Shown here: positions 28,526-41,556 of the stretch, piece after piece
How the letters are laid out: every line of letters starts with the position of its first letter
Numbering within the stretch: the stretch's first letter is position 1
Source of the DNA: Octopus vulgaris
Taxonomy: Eukaryota
NCBI GenBank assembly: GCA_951406725.2
Contig: OX597822.1
Location: forward strand, 107,508,001-107,572,000
Length of the DNA stretch: 64,000 bases
Reading direction: 5' to 3'
Notes under the pieces: model-generated
Database searches by the model: none
What the model saw: only the letters and a program-made list of their open reading frames with translations
What the model was told of the DNA's origin: nothing
Made by a program: the position numbers and the translations under genes

Positions 28526-29428
28526 TAAGAGGTAAACTTATAATAAAAATACGAAATCCAATTCCATACCTAGACAATGAAAATTAGAGTTACGATAGAA
28601 ATAGCCAATGACATATCTAGAATCTGATGGCGTTTGTAAGAAACAACATATAGTAATAAAGGTGATTAATATTGAAAATAAAATTGAAACTTTGAACTCA
28701 GAGAACACGACGTAAAACAAAAGACAGGTATGTCGTTGCAGCTATAAACAATTTCTTGAACATAAGTAAATTGAAATGTATGAATAAGTAAACTACTCTC
28801 TAGTGTTTTCGAAACCAATATTCTAAGGCCAATATAAATAGGTTAAACTTTTGCCCACACCGAGAAGGTGGAGTAAGAAATACAGAATTATTTCAAGCTA
28901 ACGGTAGAAGGTCTGGAAAATATAAGCAAAGGAAAACTGATTAGTGTATGAAATGGACATGACGTTAAAATAATTTCTTATATCAGATGAATAAAAATTC
29001 AATCAAAATACAAAGTTCAGGATAAAGATTGTTTTTTCTTTTCTTTCAGAGGGAGATCGAGAAACGATATTCTTTCTTTACCGCTAACTTAATTTGATTG
29101 TGACAAGGTTGATTGACATGGTAAAATTACCACTTATCAGAAAAATCAGTTTCAGTTACGGCACCAAGAAATATTAGTCGAAATATGGAGAAAATGTTAC
29201 TAAAGTAGAAACGAACGTAGTTCTACAATGACTGTTACTAATATGTATGTGTGTGTGTGTGTGTTTGTATGTGGTGATGTGTGAGGGCCTGTACATATAT
29301 ACATATATATGTAAACACACATACGCGCACGCGGCTTATGTGTACTTTTCATGAAACCTGATAAGTATTTGGTTTTGGATTTGGTTTGCAAGATTCTTTA
29401 TATGTGTTCGTGTGTTGAATCATATTCT

Positions 29429-29670
29429 GTTGTGTCTGGGGAGAGTCATTTTCTTTTTGTGCCTTATAATATAACACACTCACCGGTAAAATTTCCCCTT
29501 TTTTCTTATTTTTATTTTCATAAAATTTTCGTTGCATCTTGCAACCTTTTCAATAGTTTTGACTCTTTATTTTAGGAAAATAAAAATAATAAAAAAGAAG
29601 TGGAAATTTTACCGGTGAGTGTGTTATATTATAAGGCACAAAAAAAAAAATGACTCTCCGCAGACACAAC
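29429..29670. repeat. Long imperfect inverted repeat (~98-bp arms, ~42-bp spacer)
   Basis: 29429-29526 is the reverse complement of 29569-29670 with few differences. Confidence 0.9.
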
Positions 29671-30331
29671 TGATAAGTATTGTAATATCAAAATCGCAGA
29701 TAGAAATTTATATTTTTGCAATGTAGATTGAAGTGTACGAGACCACGAAAGAATCTGTATGTTGCTCTGTTTTATAGATGCGCGAGGTAACTCTGTCACT
29801 CTTGAACTCTTCATGTATTGGAAATAGGTCCTGTATTGCTACCAGTGATTCGATGTGTCCGCTCTCAAGGTGTCCGGGAAATTACAGATTAACTGAGAGA
29901 AATTAATTCAATTCATTCTTAAATTAATTCTGTGGTCAAGTTTTCACCATCTAGCAAACATCAAAAATAGGATCTCCCTATTTCAAAAGAAGGGCAAGCC
30001 TGTAGTCGCCTCACCGACCGTTGATAAGAATATGAATACAATGTGATGGTAGTCATTCAAGTATTGAAACTGAATATTTGAAAAGGGATCTAATCTATTA
30101 TAAAATATTCTTTGTTAAATTGTAAGTTTATAATCCACGCTTAGGTTATTCCTCAGATAAGACGCTGAGAGTGCGGAAAAAACATGGCCGCATGTTTAGA
30201 CTTCTATGTTGTTATTTCTGATGTAGGTTTGTTGTCGCAACGCTACATGACTTTGTTTATAATGATGACACTGTCTATGTTGATACTGTAGATATCATTA
30301 TTATAAATATAATTATATATGTTGTTGTTAA

Positions 30332-30374
<43 letters not shown>

Positions 30375-31214
30375 ATTGGTGGTGGTTTTTAAAGAAATGC
30401 CAGCAGTAATTATGTTTTAACAAGAAAAGATGATTCGTTGGAAACATAACAAGTTTTTCAAGCAATTAATGAAAATATCAAAATAATGCCTGGAGCTGTC
30501 ACATCAGAATTGATTTGAAATTACGTCTGGGTCAGCAGTGTAGAACAATATATATATTTAACTATTAAAACAAAAAAGATACACTTGTATAACAATATTT
30601 TACTCTATTATAATCAGAGAATAGGAAAACATAAAATATTTATTTTAATGTTAAATTTTCCACGGCAAACCTCACCGATAATATCACCATCAAGATGTAT
30701 TACATTAAAGTATTATAATTTTCTCAAAATAAGAATAAATTTACGGAGATCCAGGTAATTATACTTTAAGGGAAATAACTTAAACAAAACTATAAAGAAA
30801 AGCGACGGTCTCTGCGAAGCTTCAGAGGAAAGTGAGAGAGAGAGAGGGAAAAAGTAGAGGAAAGAAAAGGAAAAATGATAGTATAAAAATATAGAATCTT
30901 AATGCCAAAAATCATAATTCATCAATTTTAAATAGAAACAGAATATAGGATAAATCTAATAAAGTATGTAATCAACATTAGCATAAACAAGTAAATGTGT
31001 ATATTTGACGAATGACAATGGTTTGAGCAATAATCAGTGCCAAGTTTTTGTTTGTTAAATTCATGTTTGCTGAATATAGAGATTTAGAGATATCATTTAT
31101 AGAAACGTAATGAAGCTACGAGTTGAAAGGCCTGAGGTAATAGAGAAGGAATATCACAACCGATATTTTCAATTAATAACAAGAAGAATGGATTGCAGCG
31201 TTTCTATTAAACAA

Positions 31215-31652
31215 CTAGCAGTATCGCCCGGCGTTGCTCGGGTTTGTAAGGGAAATAACTATATAAGCATTTTTAGAGAGTTACTTCCCTTATAGATGCC
31301 AATTCGGGCTTTCTTAGCCATTTCTGTTTTGGTATCTTCAAGCCATGAAGTCGTTGTTCTAAAAGAACGCTGGTCTCCTTGACAACGCTTTACGACGTTG
31401 ATTTCCTTACACTCCCTTCCCCACAGCTTCACGAGGGAGGGAAGAAGGTGGAGAAGCAAACAGGTGCAGGTGTGACCATGGACGCCAACTCCGCCGTCAT
31501 CGACACACGAAAAATTATGCATTAAAATGGAATAAAAAATGATGTTAAATTATTTTTAAAATCGTATACTCATCGTAGACGCGCGCTAATACTCAGACGG
31601 GCTCGATATGAATTACTACTATAAGATACCCGAATTTGGTTAAACTGCACCG
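31215..31652 (-). mobile_element. Non-autonomous Helitron-like element (partial)
   Basis: CTAG terminus at 31215 next to the GC-rich hairpin CCCGGCGTTGCTCGGG, similar to the terminus at 50898-50936; the far boundary is approximate. Confidence 0.6.
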
Positions 31653-32006
31653 ACAGATATCGACATTTTATTATTGTGAATAAAGAAATCACTTAAAATC
31701 CTAAAGGGTAGCTGTCTACTACAATTTAAAATGATGGTGAGTGTTAAAAAATGTTAAAAGGATTTATAAGAACTGCGAAGGCCATAAAGGCTTAAATGCT
31801 AATAAACTTTAATATAATCCCATAGGATTACAACGGATCATGCAGAATTTTAAAGGCCATAACTAGAGACGCTGAACAAAACGTTATAAATATATCACCT
31901 GAAACTAGGGGCAAATTAAATATACATTGGAATTTAAATTATATAAATTCAAATTTCATTAAATTTCTATCTTCGGTGCATGTCTTTAGAACTGAATGCA
32001 TTAATA

Positions 32007-32168
32007 GGCGCAGGAGTGGCTGTGTAGCAAGTAGCTTGTTTACCAACCACATGGTTCTGGGGTCAGTCCCACTGCATGGCATCTTGGGCAAGTGTCTTCT
32101 GCTATAGCCCCGGGCCGACCAATGCCTTGTGAGTGGATTTGGTAGACGGAAACTGAAAGAAGCCTGTC

Positions 32169-32220
<52 letters not shown>

Positions 32221-32434
32221 TTGTGTGTCTGTGTTTGTTCCCCTAGCATTGCTTGACAACCGATGCTGGTGTGTTTGCGTGCCCGTCACTTAGCGGTTCG
32301 GCAAAAAGAGACCGATAGAATAAGTACTGGGCTTACAAGAATAATAAGTCCCGGGGTCGAGTTGCTCGACTAAAAGGCGGTGATCCAGCATGGCCGCAGT
32401 CAAATGACTGAAACAAGTAAAGGAGTAAAGGAGA
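32007..32434 (+). mobile_element. SINE family A
   Basis: Full length: GGCGCAGGAGTGGCTG head, internal (TA)n, tail. Confidence 0.92.
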
Positions 32435-33195
32435 GGGTGTTTCAGTATACACTACAAATCAATTATTAGTAATTATTAGAGTTATAGATAAATATCTAGC
32501 AGTTGCGGAAGACGTTATAGAATCTTTTCAAACCATAAGAAACTTCTAAAAGTAGAATGTGGACATAGGATCCTTACATCAGCAGCTCTATGAATAGCAT
32601 CAACCGTGCATTTTAAGATTTTCAACAATTCTAATCAGCAGAGATCGCGAGCGAAAATACTAGAAAATTCATATTTGTGTCCTTTCACTCTCAAACCTTC
32701 ATGGAGAGCGATATGGCTTATGATTTACTTCTCATTCTAAATGTATGAAAAGGATTATAGTTTCTAAAATTAAAAATTGAAAAAGTGGTAGACATATGTA
32801 AGTGAAAGTATGTAGATTTATTTTAACATTATGATTATAGGCAATGGCTTTAATCACACATTTATTTCCTCGTGGGCATGGAAATTTCTTCATAAAATCA
32901 GTTGTATAATCTAGATAACATCAGGCTTGGAATATTGTAGATTACAGAACTCATGCAATTATGCAATACAAGTGAGCAGCACAATTGTTATGCGTGTTAG
33001 GCATGTCATCACCACTTGAATTACCATCGTTCATAGGGCAGTTATAATAAACAACACTTAGTCCCGAAAATGACTATATTAGTTATCATTACTGCTATTA
33101 TTACTTCAGTTGTAGTTCTTGCCGTAAGAATTACTACAAATATTCACACCAGTATATCTAGTATTATTACTTTTGTTTTGTTTCTTATTATTATA

Positions 33196-34114
33196 CAGGG
33201 TGTCCATAAAGTCTCTTTACAATTTCAAAAAAATTATTACAAAGGCAGTTGAGATATTTTAACCAGATTTATTTTATTTTAATAATGTTTTATTAAAGTT
33301 TTTATTGATATTGAATTTTTGTGTTTCAGAAACTCTGTTGATGGAAGGAGACTGATTCACTGAACCCCTAAGAAATGAGGATGAAGCATTCCTCAAGCGA
33401 GTTTGTTTTAGTGACAATGTGACTTCCATGTTTCAGGGAAATTAAACAGACACAATGTGAGAATCTGGGCATCAGAACACCCCCTGTGACTATGGAGCTT
33501 CAACGGGATAGTCCAAAAGTGAATGTGTGGTGTGGAATCATGTGCAATCGAATAATTGGTCCATGTTTCTTCAACGAGGCCACAATTACTGCAAATGTTT
33601 ACCTCGACCTTCTGACCGAATATTGTGGCACCACAACTGATTGATTTACAACCAACAATCATTTTCCAGCAAAATGGTGCACCACCACATTCGGTACGGC
33701 ATGTTCATCAGTTCCTCAATCAAGCATTTCCAGACCGATGGATTGGAAGAGATGGGCCAATTCCATGGCCACCGTATTCTCCAGATATCACTCCCTTGGA
33801 CTTCTATTTATGGGGTTATGTAGAAGATATCGTGTATCAAACAAAGATACGGGACATTGCTGATTTGAAGCAAAGGATTCGTAATGCCATTGCCACAGTT
33901 GATGAGGCTAACCTACAGCGAACATGGCAAGAAATCGAGTACCGTCTTGATGTGCCTCTCGCAACTAATGGTGCCCATATTGAGGTCTATTAAATAACAG
34001 TTCAAAAAACTTTAATAAACATTTATTACAATAAAACAAATCTGGTTAAGATATCTTGTCAACTGCCTTTGTAATGAAATTTTAAAATTGTAAAGAAACT
34101 TTATGGACACCCTG
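33196..34114 (+). mobile_element. Internally deleted Tc1/mariner DNA transposon, DD41D (rosa/Visitor-type) transposase remnant
   Basis: TA TSD; ~115-bp TIRs starting CAGGGTGTCCATAAAGT; peptides KVNVWCGI..IIGP.FF and FQQ[N]GAPPH...WPPYSPDITPLDFYLWG, with 41 residues between the 2nd and 3rd catalytic positions; N-terminal HTH region missing. Confidence 0.92.
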
Positions 34115-34837
34115 TATATGTTACTTCACCTGATGGTTATTTTTTATTCTATTATTTCTACACATAATGGTTATTTTTTTATCGAGTAATGTACCCAGTA
34201 TCAATGTTAATGAAACTGCCCGTTTTATCCGTATAACTATTGCAATTATTATCATTATCATTAAACTCATTCTTACCGCCATTATTGCAGTTTAACTGTT
34301 CTTTAATTTACACCCTCGTAACTGCTATCCATCAACGGAATTAACAGATTAAGGCCCCACAAAACATTCTGAAACACTGGTAAATCTGATTAAAAATTTC
34401 ACCTGTCGATCTGTTAATTAACAAATGTTACAATACTGGTTGGTATATTTGGTAAGTCTAAAGGGTTCAGAGTTGTATAACGCATTATATAATCGTGCAT
34501 AATACATACCTGACTGTACGACGTTTACGTTACCATAAAGAATATTCATGACAGAGTTATTGCTCTAACAGGTAACACGTTCGTCTGTATTTATTACGCA
34601 CATACATATGTACATATTTATTCATTACCTATAAACCTACACACATAAACGAATGTATTTAAATCGGCAGAAAGTTTAAGCTACAAAGTGATTATATGGA
34701 CAAGAATTTCATTTATGTCAATTTTCAAAAGAGACATTCGACTATTGATCCGTGTTCTAACCTCCTATTATAAATAATAAAAAAGTACGTACGTTTTATT
34801 GCGCTCGTTTCATCTCGTTTAACACTCCCCAAAATCT

Positions 34838-34838
<1 letters not shown>

Positions 34839-34928
<90 letters not shown>
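34839..34928. repeat. (TATC)n / GATA tetranucleotide microsatellite
   Basis: Direct reading. Confidence 0.97.
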
Positions 34929-34929
<1 letters not shown>

Positions 34930-34945
34930 ATATATATATATACAT

Positions 34946-35133
34946 TTTTTACTCTTTATTTGTTTCGGTCATCTGACAGCGGCCATCCTGGAGCACAGCC
35001 TTTAGTCGAAGAAATCGACCCCAGAACATATTATATCGGTGTATTTTGTCGAACAGCTAGATACGCTACAGACACACAAACCTCGGCTGTCAAGCGATTG
35101 TGGGGTGGCAGACAGAGACACACAAACTTATAC

Positions 35134-35189
<56 letters not shown>

Positions 35190-35320
35190 CGGGTGTCTCA
35201 GTTTCCGTCAACCAATCCACTTACAAGACTTTGGTCGGCCCTAGGCTATAGCAGAAGACACTTTCCCAGAACCACATGGTTGGTAGGCAAGCTACTTACC
35301 ACACAAATCCCTCCTGCGCT
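34946..35320 (-). mobile_element. Diverged SINE family A
   Basis: Colinear with family A, with internal deletions. Confidence 0.8.
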
Positions 35321-36422
35321 TATAGCCACTCCTGATATATATATATATATATAGGAAAATGTACGGCAATAGATTGGAATTTAAGGGTCCACAGATATTT
35401 AGCTCCTTGCCAAAAACATCTGAGGGATCTCCATGGAGTAGGAGTATATGGTTTAAAGAATCTACTTGACCTCTTACCATCCAAGATCGCAGACGAACCA
35501 ATATGTAGGCACGAAACACACACACGTGCGCGCGCACAAAATTATCGAAAGTCTTGTTTCTTTTCTTTTCTCTCTCCTGTGGTATTTGAAGTTGTAGCTA
35601 CCGTGATAAAACTTTAATCCACTGATGAAATCTAACAATACCGTACTAATATGTAACTGCTCTCATGATGCTAAGAATCATGATAACGCCTAGTCTCTAA
35701 CGGCGCTGATAAGCAACATTGCTTTCCTGCTAGTATACACAAAAAATTATTATAGCAAATCCAAGTCCAAATATTTTAAGAATAACTTTATGTTATCAAT
35801 TCGAGTATATTATTTCCATAATCATGATTACAAGTGAACATTGCTAATCTTACGAATAGCAAAAGACATAAATTATTATCATAATTAAATTTAGGTGCCC
35901 GAAGTGTTTCGATTGCTAAACGTCTCTCCGACTTGAATTGGTACACCGTTGATTTCGTAAGCTTTAACTGTGACTGACAGGCAAAAAAGAAAAGAATAAT
36001 AAAAAGCAAAATTGCTATAATTACATTAGGGAAAAGTAATTTAATATTCATCTCAGTAAGTTTGTTTAATAATTCAATTGATGATATTGGGCTGGAGTGT
36101 TATTTGATTCATGCATTGATTTTAAATAGAATATTCCATCTTTCGCACAAAGGGATATACCTTTTATTACACTAACTGGATCAACAATGACCTAAAACTG
36201 ATAATTTTCTTTTCAGGATATTTTCCGATGAATCTCCATAAATTTCTTAACTAAAATGAACACATATCTACACCATATCCTCCTGAATAGAATAAATTTA
36301 TGTATTTTGTTCCTCAATTATTTTAAGTAGTGAAAACTCTGCATAATAATGAAACATACCGAAAAGAAGTTATTCTGTATTATTTCGGACGAAAGAAGAA
36401 GCGATTCTAGTCGGATTCATTG

Positions 36423-36489
<67 letters not shown>

Positions 36490-36524
36490 TTAAAATTATA
36501 ATAATAATAAAAATTAAAATGATG

Positions 36525-36581
<57 letters not shown>

Positions 36582-36584
<3 letters not shown>

Positions 36585-37136
36585 GCCCTCATGCAGTACC
36601 AGACAGTAGATCTCATGGCTTCTGATCTTAACTGATTGGAAGCCTTATCATGTACATAGTTTTGTCTGGTATAAAAGATGGGCTACAGCAAATATTCTGC
36701 TCAATACCACAGATTTGCTTGTCAGTTGTTTGACCATAGCCAGTTGAGCGTGTCCCTTAGCGTCTGACGATATGTGCATCTCTGATCACAAGCAGAAGTA
36801 GCGGGGGAACATCATAGCCATGTCTTGAGAGGGATTTTTTGGGTTTGAATAATTCACCTTTGGAAACATGGGTGTTTCGTTTAACATCCTTAAACAACCC
36901 TTATTCAGGGACCTCTTGAGCGGGATGGGTTACTCAACCTGAAGAAAATTCTAACTGGGCCTCACTTGCAAGGTCATGTGCTGTTTATCTTGATATGAGA
37001 TCACCATGTCGGGCACATATGGTTGTGATGCATGTGCCTGGTGTACCCTTATCAGACGGGTCGTCATGATGGGTATACTGGGCTTCGTATATTTTACCCC
37101 AGTGACACTTTGATGGCATGCACTGGTCTCTCACTC

Positions 37137-37137
<1 letters not shown>
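36582..37137 (+). mobile_element. Putative non-coding (AAT)n-targeted element between two (AAT)n tracts
   Basis: ~555 bp of higher-GC unique sequence exactly bounded by AAT repeats; no ORF; orientation inferred from the AAT tail. Confidence 0.45.
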
Positions 37138-37186
<49 letters not shown>

Positions 37187-37241
37187 TGATGATAATAGTA
37201 ATAATAATAGTTTCTATATAATCTCAAATTTTAAAACAAAC

Positions 37242-37444
37242 TCCCTACGCAAGATACTTTCTATGTAATCTCAAGTTTTAAAACAAACATTTTTTTTTAA
37301 CATTCACTAGTACAACACTAAATATAAAACCAAATATATGGCACACTAGGCATAACAACATCGCAAACGTCCAACCTGTTGTCTCTTGAAGTCTCTGGGT
37401 GAGACTTGGAGCCAACTTGTACAAATATAAAACAAAACTCAAAC

Positions 37445-37446
<2 letters not shown>
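37242..37446 (+). mobile_element. Extreme 3' fragment of a second R4/Dong-type LINE family
   Basis: Encodes SLRKILSM* (cf. ILRRTLSIQ* at 39329), then a 3' UTR ending in (AAT)n. Confidence 0.6.
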
Positions 37447-37480
<34 letters not shown>

Positions 37481-37506
37481 GTAATAACAACAACAACAAC
37501 AATAAC

Positions 37507-37573
<67 letters not shown>

Positions 37574-37575
<2 letters not shown>

Positions 37576-39422
37576 CAAAAACAACAACAACACCTCCAAA
37601 CAAAAGAGGGACTCATGAAAACCAAAGACATCCCCATTAGAAGAGGAATATTCCAGGGAGACACGCTCTCTCAACTCCTTTTCTACTTGGCACTGTCACC
37701 TCTATCTGATATGCTAAATAGAACTGGATGCGGATATAAATGTTACAGCAAAACGATCAGTCACCTTTTATATATGGATGACCTAAAACTATACGCTGCA
37801 AATGACAAACAGCTGGAAACACTATTAAAGACAGTTCATGGATTTACCAAAGAAATAGATATGAAATTTGGATTAGAAAAATGCGCCAAAGTAACCATGA
37901 AAAGAGGAAAACTAGTTAAGAGTAACAACATCACACTAGATAAAACCAATGAAATAAAAGAATTAGACCAAAGCCAAACTTACAAATACTTAGGAATCCA
38001 TGAACTACATAAGACACAACACACACAAATGAAAGAGAAAATAAGAAAAGAATATTATAGACGAGTTAGATCAATACTAAACACAGAGCTCAATGCTAAA
38101 AACAAGATAATAGGTATCAACACTTTAGCTGTCCCAGTTATAAGTTACAGCTACAATATCCTTAACTGGACACGAAATGAACTGACCAAAATAGATAGGA
38201 AAACAAGAAAAATAATGACAGGATCTAGGATGCATCACCCAAAATCTGACATAGAAAGACTATATATACAACATATAGAAGGTGGCAGAGGCCATATACA
38301 GCTGGAAAACTACTATAAAATAACCACCATAGGACTGCAAAAATATCTACTTCAGAAGGAAGGAAAACTGATCCAGATAGCGGCAAAACACGAGCAAAAC
38401 ACAAAACTGTTCTCAGTATTTAAGGAAGCTGACAAATACAAACAAGAAATCATACCACCTAATAAACATGAAGAAGAAGAAGAAGATGGAAAAACAACAA
38501 AAGCTATAAAACAAATGAAATCCAAACTAAAAATAGAACAGCAACGAACCATGTTGAAACGATGGCAAGAAAAGCCCCTTCATGGTAAATACTGCACTAA
38601 ACTAAACGCAAAAGAAATAGACAAAGAAAAATCCCAGCAATGGTTGAGAAGCTCAGGATTCAAAGCAGAAACAGAGGGATTTTTAATTGCAGCACAAGAC
38701 CAAAGCCTCCCCACCAGAAATTACCAAAAACATGTAATGAAAAGAAATATAACAAGTAACTGCAGAATATGTGGAGATGGACAAGAAACAATATATCATA
38801 TTATCTCTAGCTGCCCAGTCCTAGCTAAGAAGGAATATATTCACAGACATGACAAAGTTGGAACCTACATACATTGGAAGCTATGCCAACATTATGGAAT
38901 AACAACAGAAAAAAGATGGTATAGGCCCACACCAGAAAAGGTCACAGAAAACGAGAAAGCAACCATACTCTGGGATATGCCGATACACACAGATAGAGAA
39001 ATTAAGGCCAACAGACCAGATATAGTTGTCAGAGACCATGAAGAAAAAAATGCTTTCTAATTGATGTATCAATACCGGCTGATGACAACGTGTCTCTGAA
39101 TGAAATGGAGAAACTCTCAAAATACAAAGACCTGGAAATAGAGGTAACTAGAATGTGGAATCTAAAAACAGAAACAATTCCTATCATAGTAGGTGCATTA
39201 GGCATGATAAAAAAATATTCAGACAAATACATAACAAAAACACCAGGACTTACAAACACATATAACATACAGAAAATTGCACTACTAGGCACTGCACACA
39301 TCCTACGCAGAACACTTTCCATACAATAACCATCAGAGCATCACAACAAATCACAACACATACCCAAGGCACACAGAGCTGCGCTCGGTAGTGAAGTGAA
39401 AGCACGCTATATAAAAAATAAA

Positions 39423-39424
<2 letters not shown>
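37574..39424 (+). mobile_element. 5'-truncated R4/Dong-clade non-LTR retrotransposon (RT + CCHC finger + restriction-like endonuclease) inserted in (AAT)n
   Basis: RT motifs GIFQGD and YMDD; CRIC-x8-H-x4-C zinc knuckle; RHD and RPD..D..KY RLE motifs; one frameshift in the A-run near 39043-39050; stop at 39329; AAT tracts on both sides. Confidence 0.93.
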
Positions 39425-39488
<64 letters not shown>

Positions 39489-41249
39489 TTAATAATAATA
39501 CAATCAGAATGACATGAGAAGGAGCAAACAAATGTGTTGACCAAATTTCTGGAAGCTTCAAATTAAATTGCAAAAGACCATACTCATGAGCACTTACATG
39601 TTTTGTATAATCTAATTTATTCCAGGATTGAAAAAAAAAATTGAAGACTCACATCTGTTAACTCAAGTGTAAGGGACCTCAATGTTTTACTACTTGAGAT
39701 GCAAAAAATCTGTTGTCCCTTGACGTCTCTGCTTGAGATTTGGGGGCGGCTTCTATAAATAGCTAAACAAATCATAAAAATGATAATGACGACAACAACT
39801 ACGATGAAGATGATGATGATGGTAATTTCATATATTTGCTATAGGGATATCAGCAAGAGGGGCAGTTTACAATTTTAATATGGGTTTACAAAAATTGTGG
39901 GAAAGAAGGTGAAGAAAGAGAAACGAGATAGAAAATACTGCAACGCATTCATTTCGACGCTTAAACGTTTCAGCTACAAAGAATTAAAGTATTACCGCAA
40001 GAAAGAATGAATATATGCATACAATTGAAACAGGTATCAGAAAATGATAACACACCATTACTCCAAGATATATCAATTCACATGTGCAAAGAGATCGATG
40101 CGATTCGACCAGATATTGCTAATTATGATCACCTGCAAATATCTCATAATATTATGAAGTAATTGTTTTTTTCGGTGAGTAATTTCGTTCATAATATACA
40201 GAAAATGGTTATTATTTCTTTCAAAGTTTTAGTTAGAGTCTTGGGTAATAATAGTTTGAAAATGATCTATTTCTTTAAATAATATCGGTCGAATTTGCAT
40301 ATTTACATCTGCATATGTTCAGGAAAACAGCTTATGAATAAATTTTAACATATATTTATGCGTAGATTAAACAAAAGTTGGAACAACTGTTTAGACGTGA
40401 CTAGTGTTTTTTGGCAATTGCCATTGTAATGTAAATAACATTTATTTAACCGTCCCCAAATATCATATCTTGTTATTTGCTCATACCAGTGACATTAAGA
40501 TTCTGCTATATTCTGATGGAAGCGCTAGAGTTAGTATTCACAAATTCCCGTGTTTTCATTGAATTGCTGGAAAAGTACGTCAAGGATATGAACTTTTGGA
40601 CATCCTGCATCCCGTTTACCGTTCGTTCACCAGAATCTCAAACATATGCAGATACGTTTCTACCTTGAAGCTGGCTCGGGGACCCCAAAATTGTCATAAC
40701 ATATGTATCTTTGATAGTGGGCATTTGTGGGGAATTAGGTGTCCTGCAGGATCTATTTTGTTGCCCTCTTTGACCGTCACCTGAAACAGAAATCTTGAAA
40801 GTACCTAAAGGTGACTGAGTCTTTAAAAAGGCTCACGCGATAATATTGCAATGAAGGAAAGAAGAGTTTCGTGGGATTCACTAATAAAAGACTCATGACA
40901 TTGTTCTTTATGAAAATAGGAATCGGTCCGTTTTTGGCCTTCTACCTTTCTATATCTCAACTGATGCTGTCTGGCAGGTAGATTAGGAGATAAATATCTT
41001 GGTTTATCTTATGCTTCCTTGGGACTGAAAGCTGCGGCATCATCCCTGACAATTTCTTCTGGTGCAACCAGTGCACGTCTATAATAATTTTGTCATCTAT
41101 GTTGGTGGACTTGATGGTCACATCCAACAACCAGGTATTCGCATCTGTTTGCATATGTGATATGTTCAATTTCGCAAGCATTTTCACATATATATTGAAA
41201 GTAAAATAAATTCCTCATTGCTTAGGATTGCTATATATTCCTATAACTA

Positions 41250-41556
41250 GGCAATGGCCTAGTGATTAGGGCAGCGGACTCGGGGTCGTAGGATCGCGGT
41301 TTCGATTCCCAGACCGGGCGTTGTGAGTGTTTATTGAGCGAAAACACCTAACGCTCCACGAGGCTCCGGAAGGGGGTGGTGGCGATCCCTGTTGTACTCT
41401 TTCGCCACAACTTTCTCTCACTCTTTCTTCTGTTGGCCTGCTCCTTTAGCCAGCGGGGTGGCGTCATTTGAAGGCTAAAACAATGCGAAGCGCATTGTGA
41501 CCAGCGATGTGTAACAACATCTGATAGCCTGATCGGTCACGGTGATGGTCACGGTG
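41250..41556 (+). mobile_element. SINE family B, tail type 1
   Basis: 14-bp TSD ATATATTCCTATAA (41233-41246 and 41557-41570); tail matches the 10435 copy. Confidence 0.92.

Noticed and set aside
37399-37573. Poly-Asn N-terminus of the 553-aa ORF
   Set aside because: It is the (AAT)n target tract read in frame with a 5'-truncated LINE, not part of the protein.
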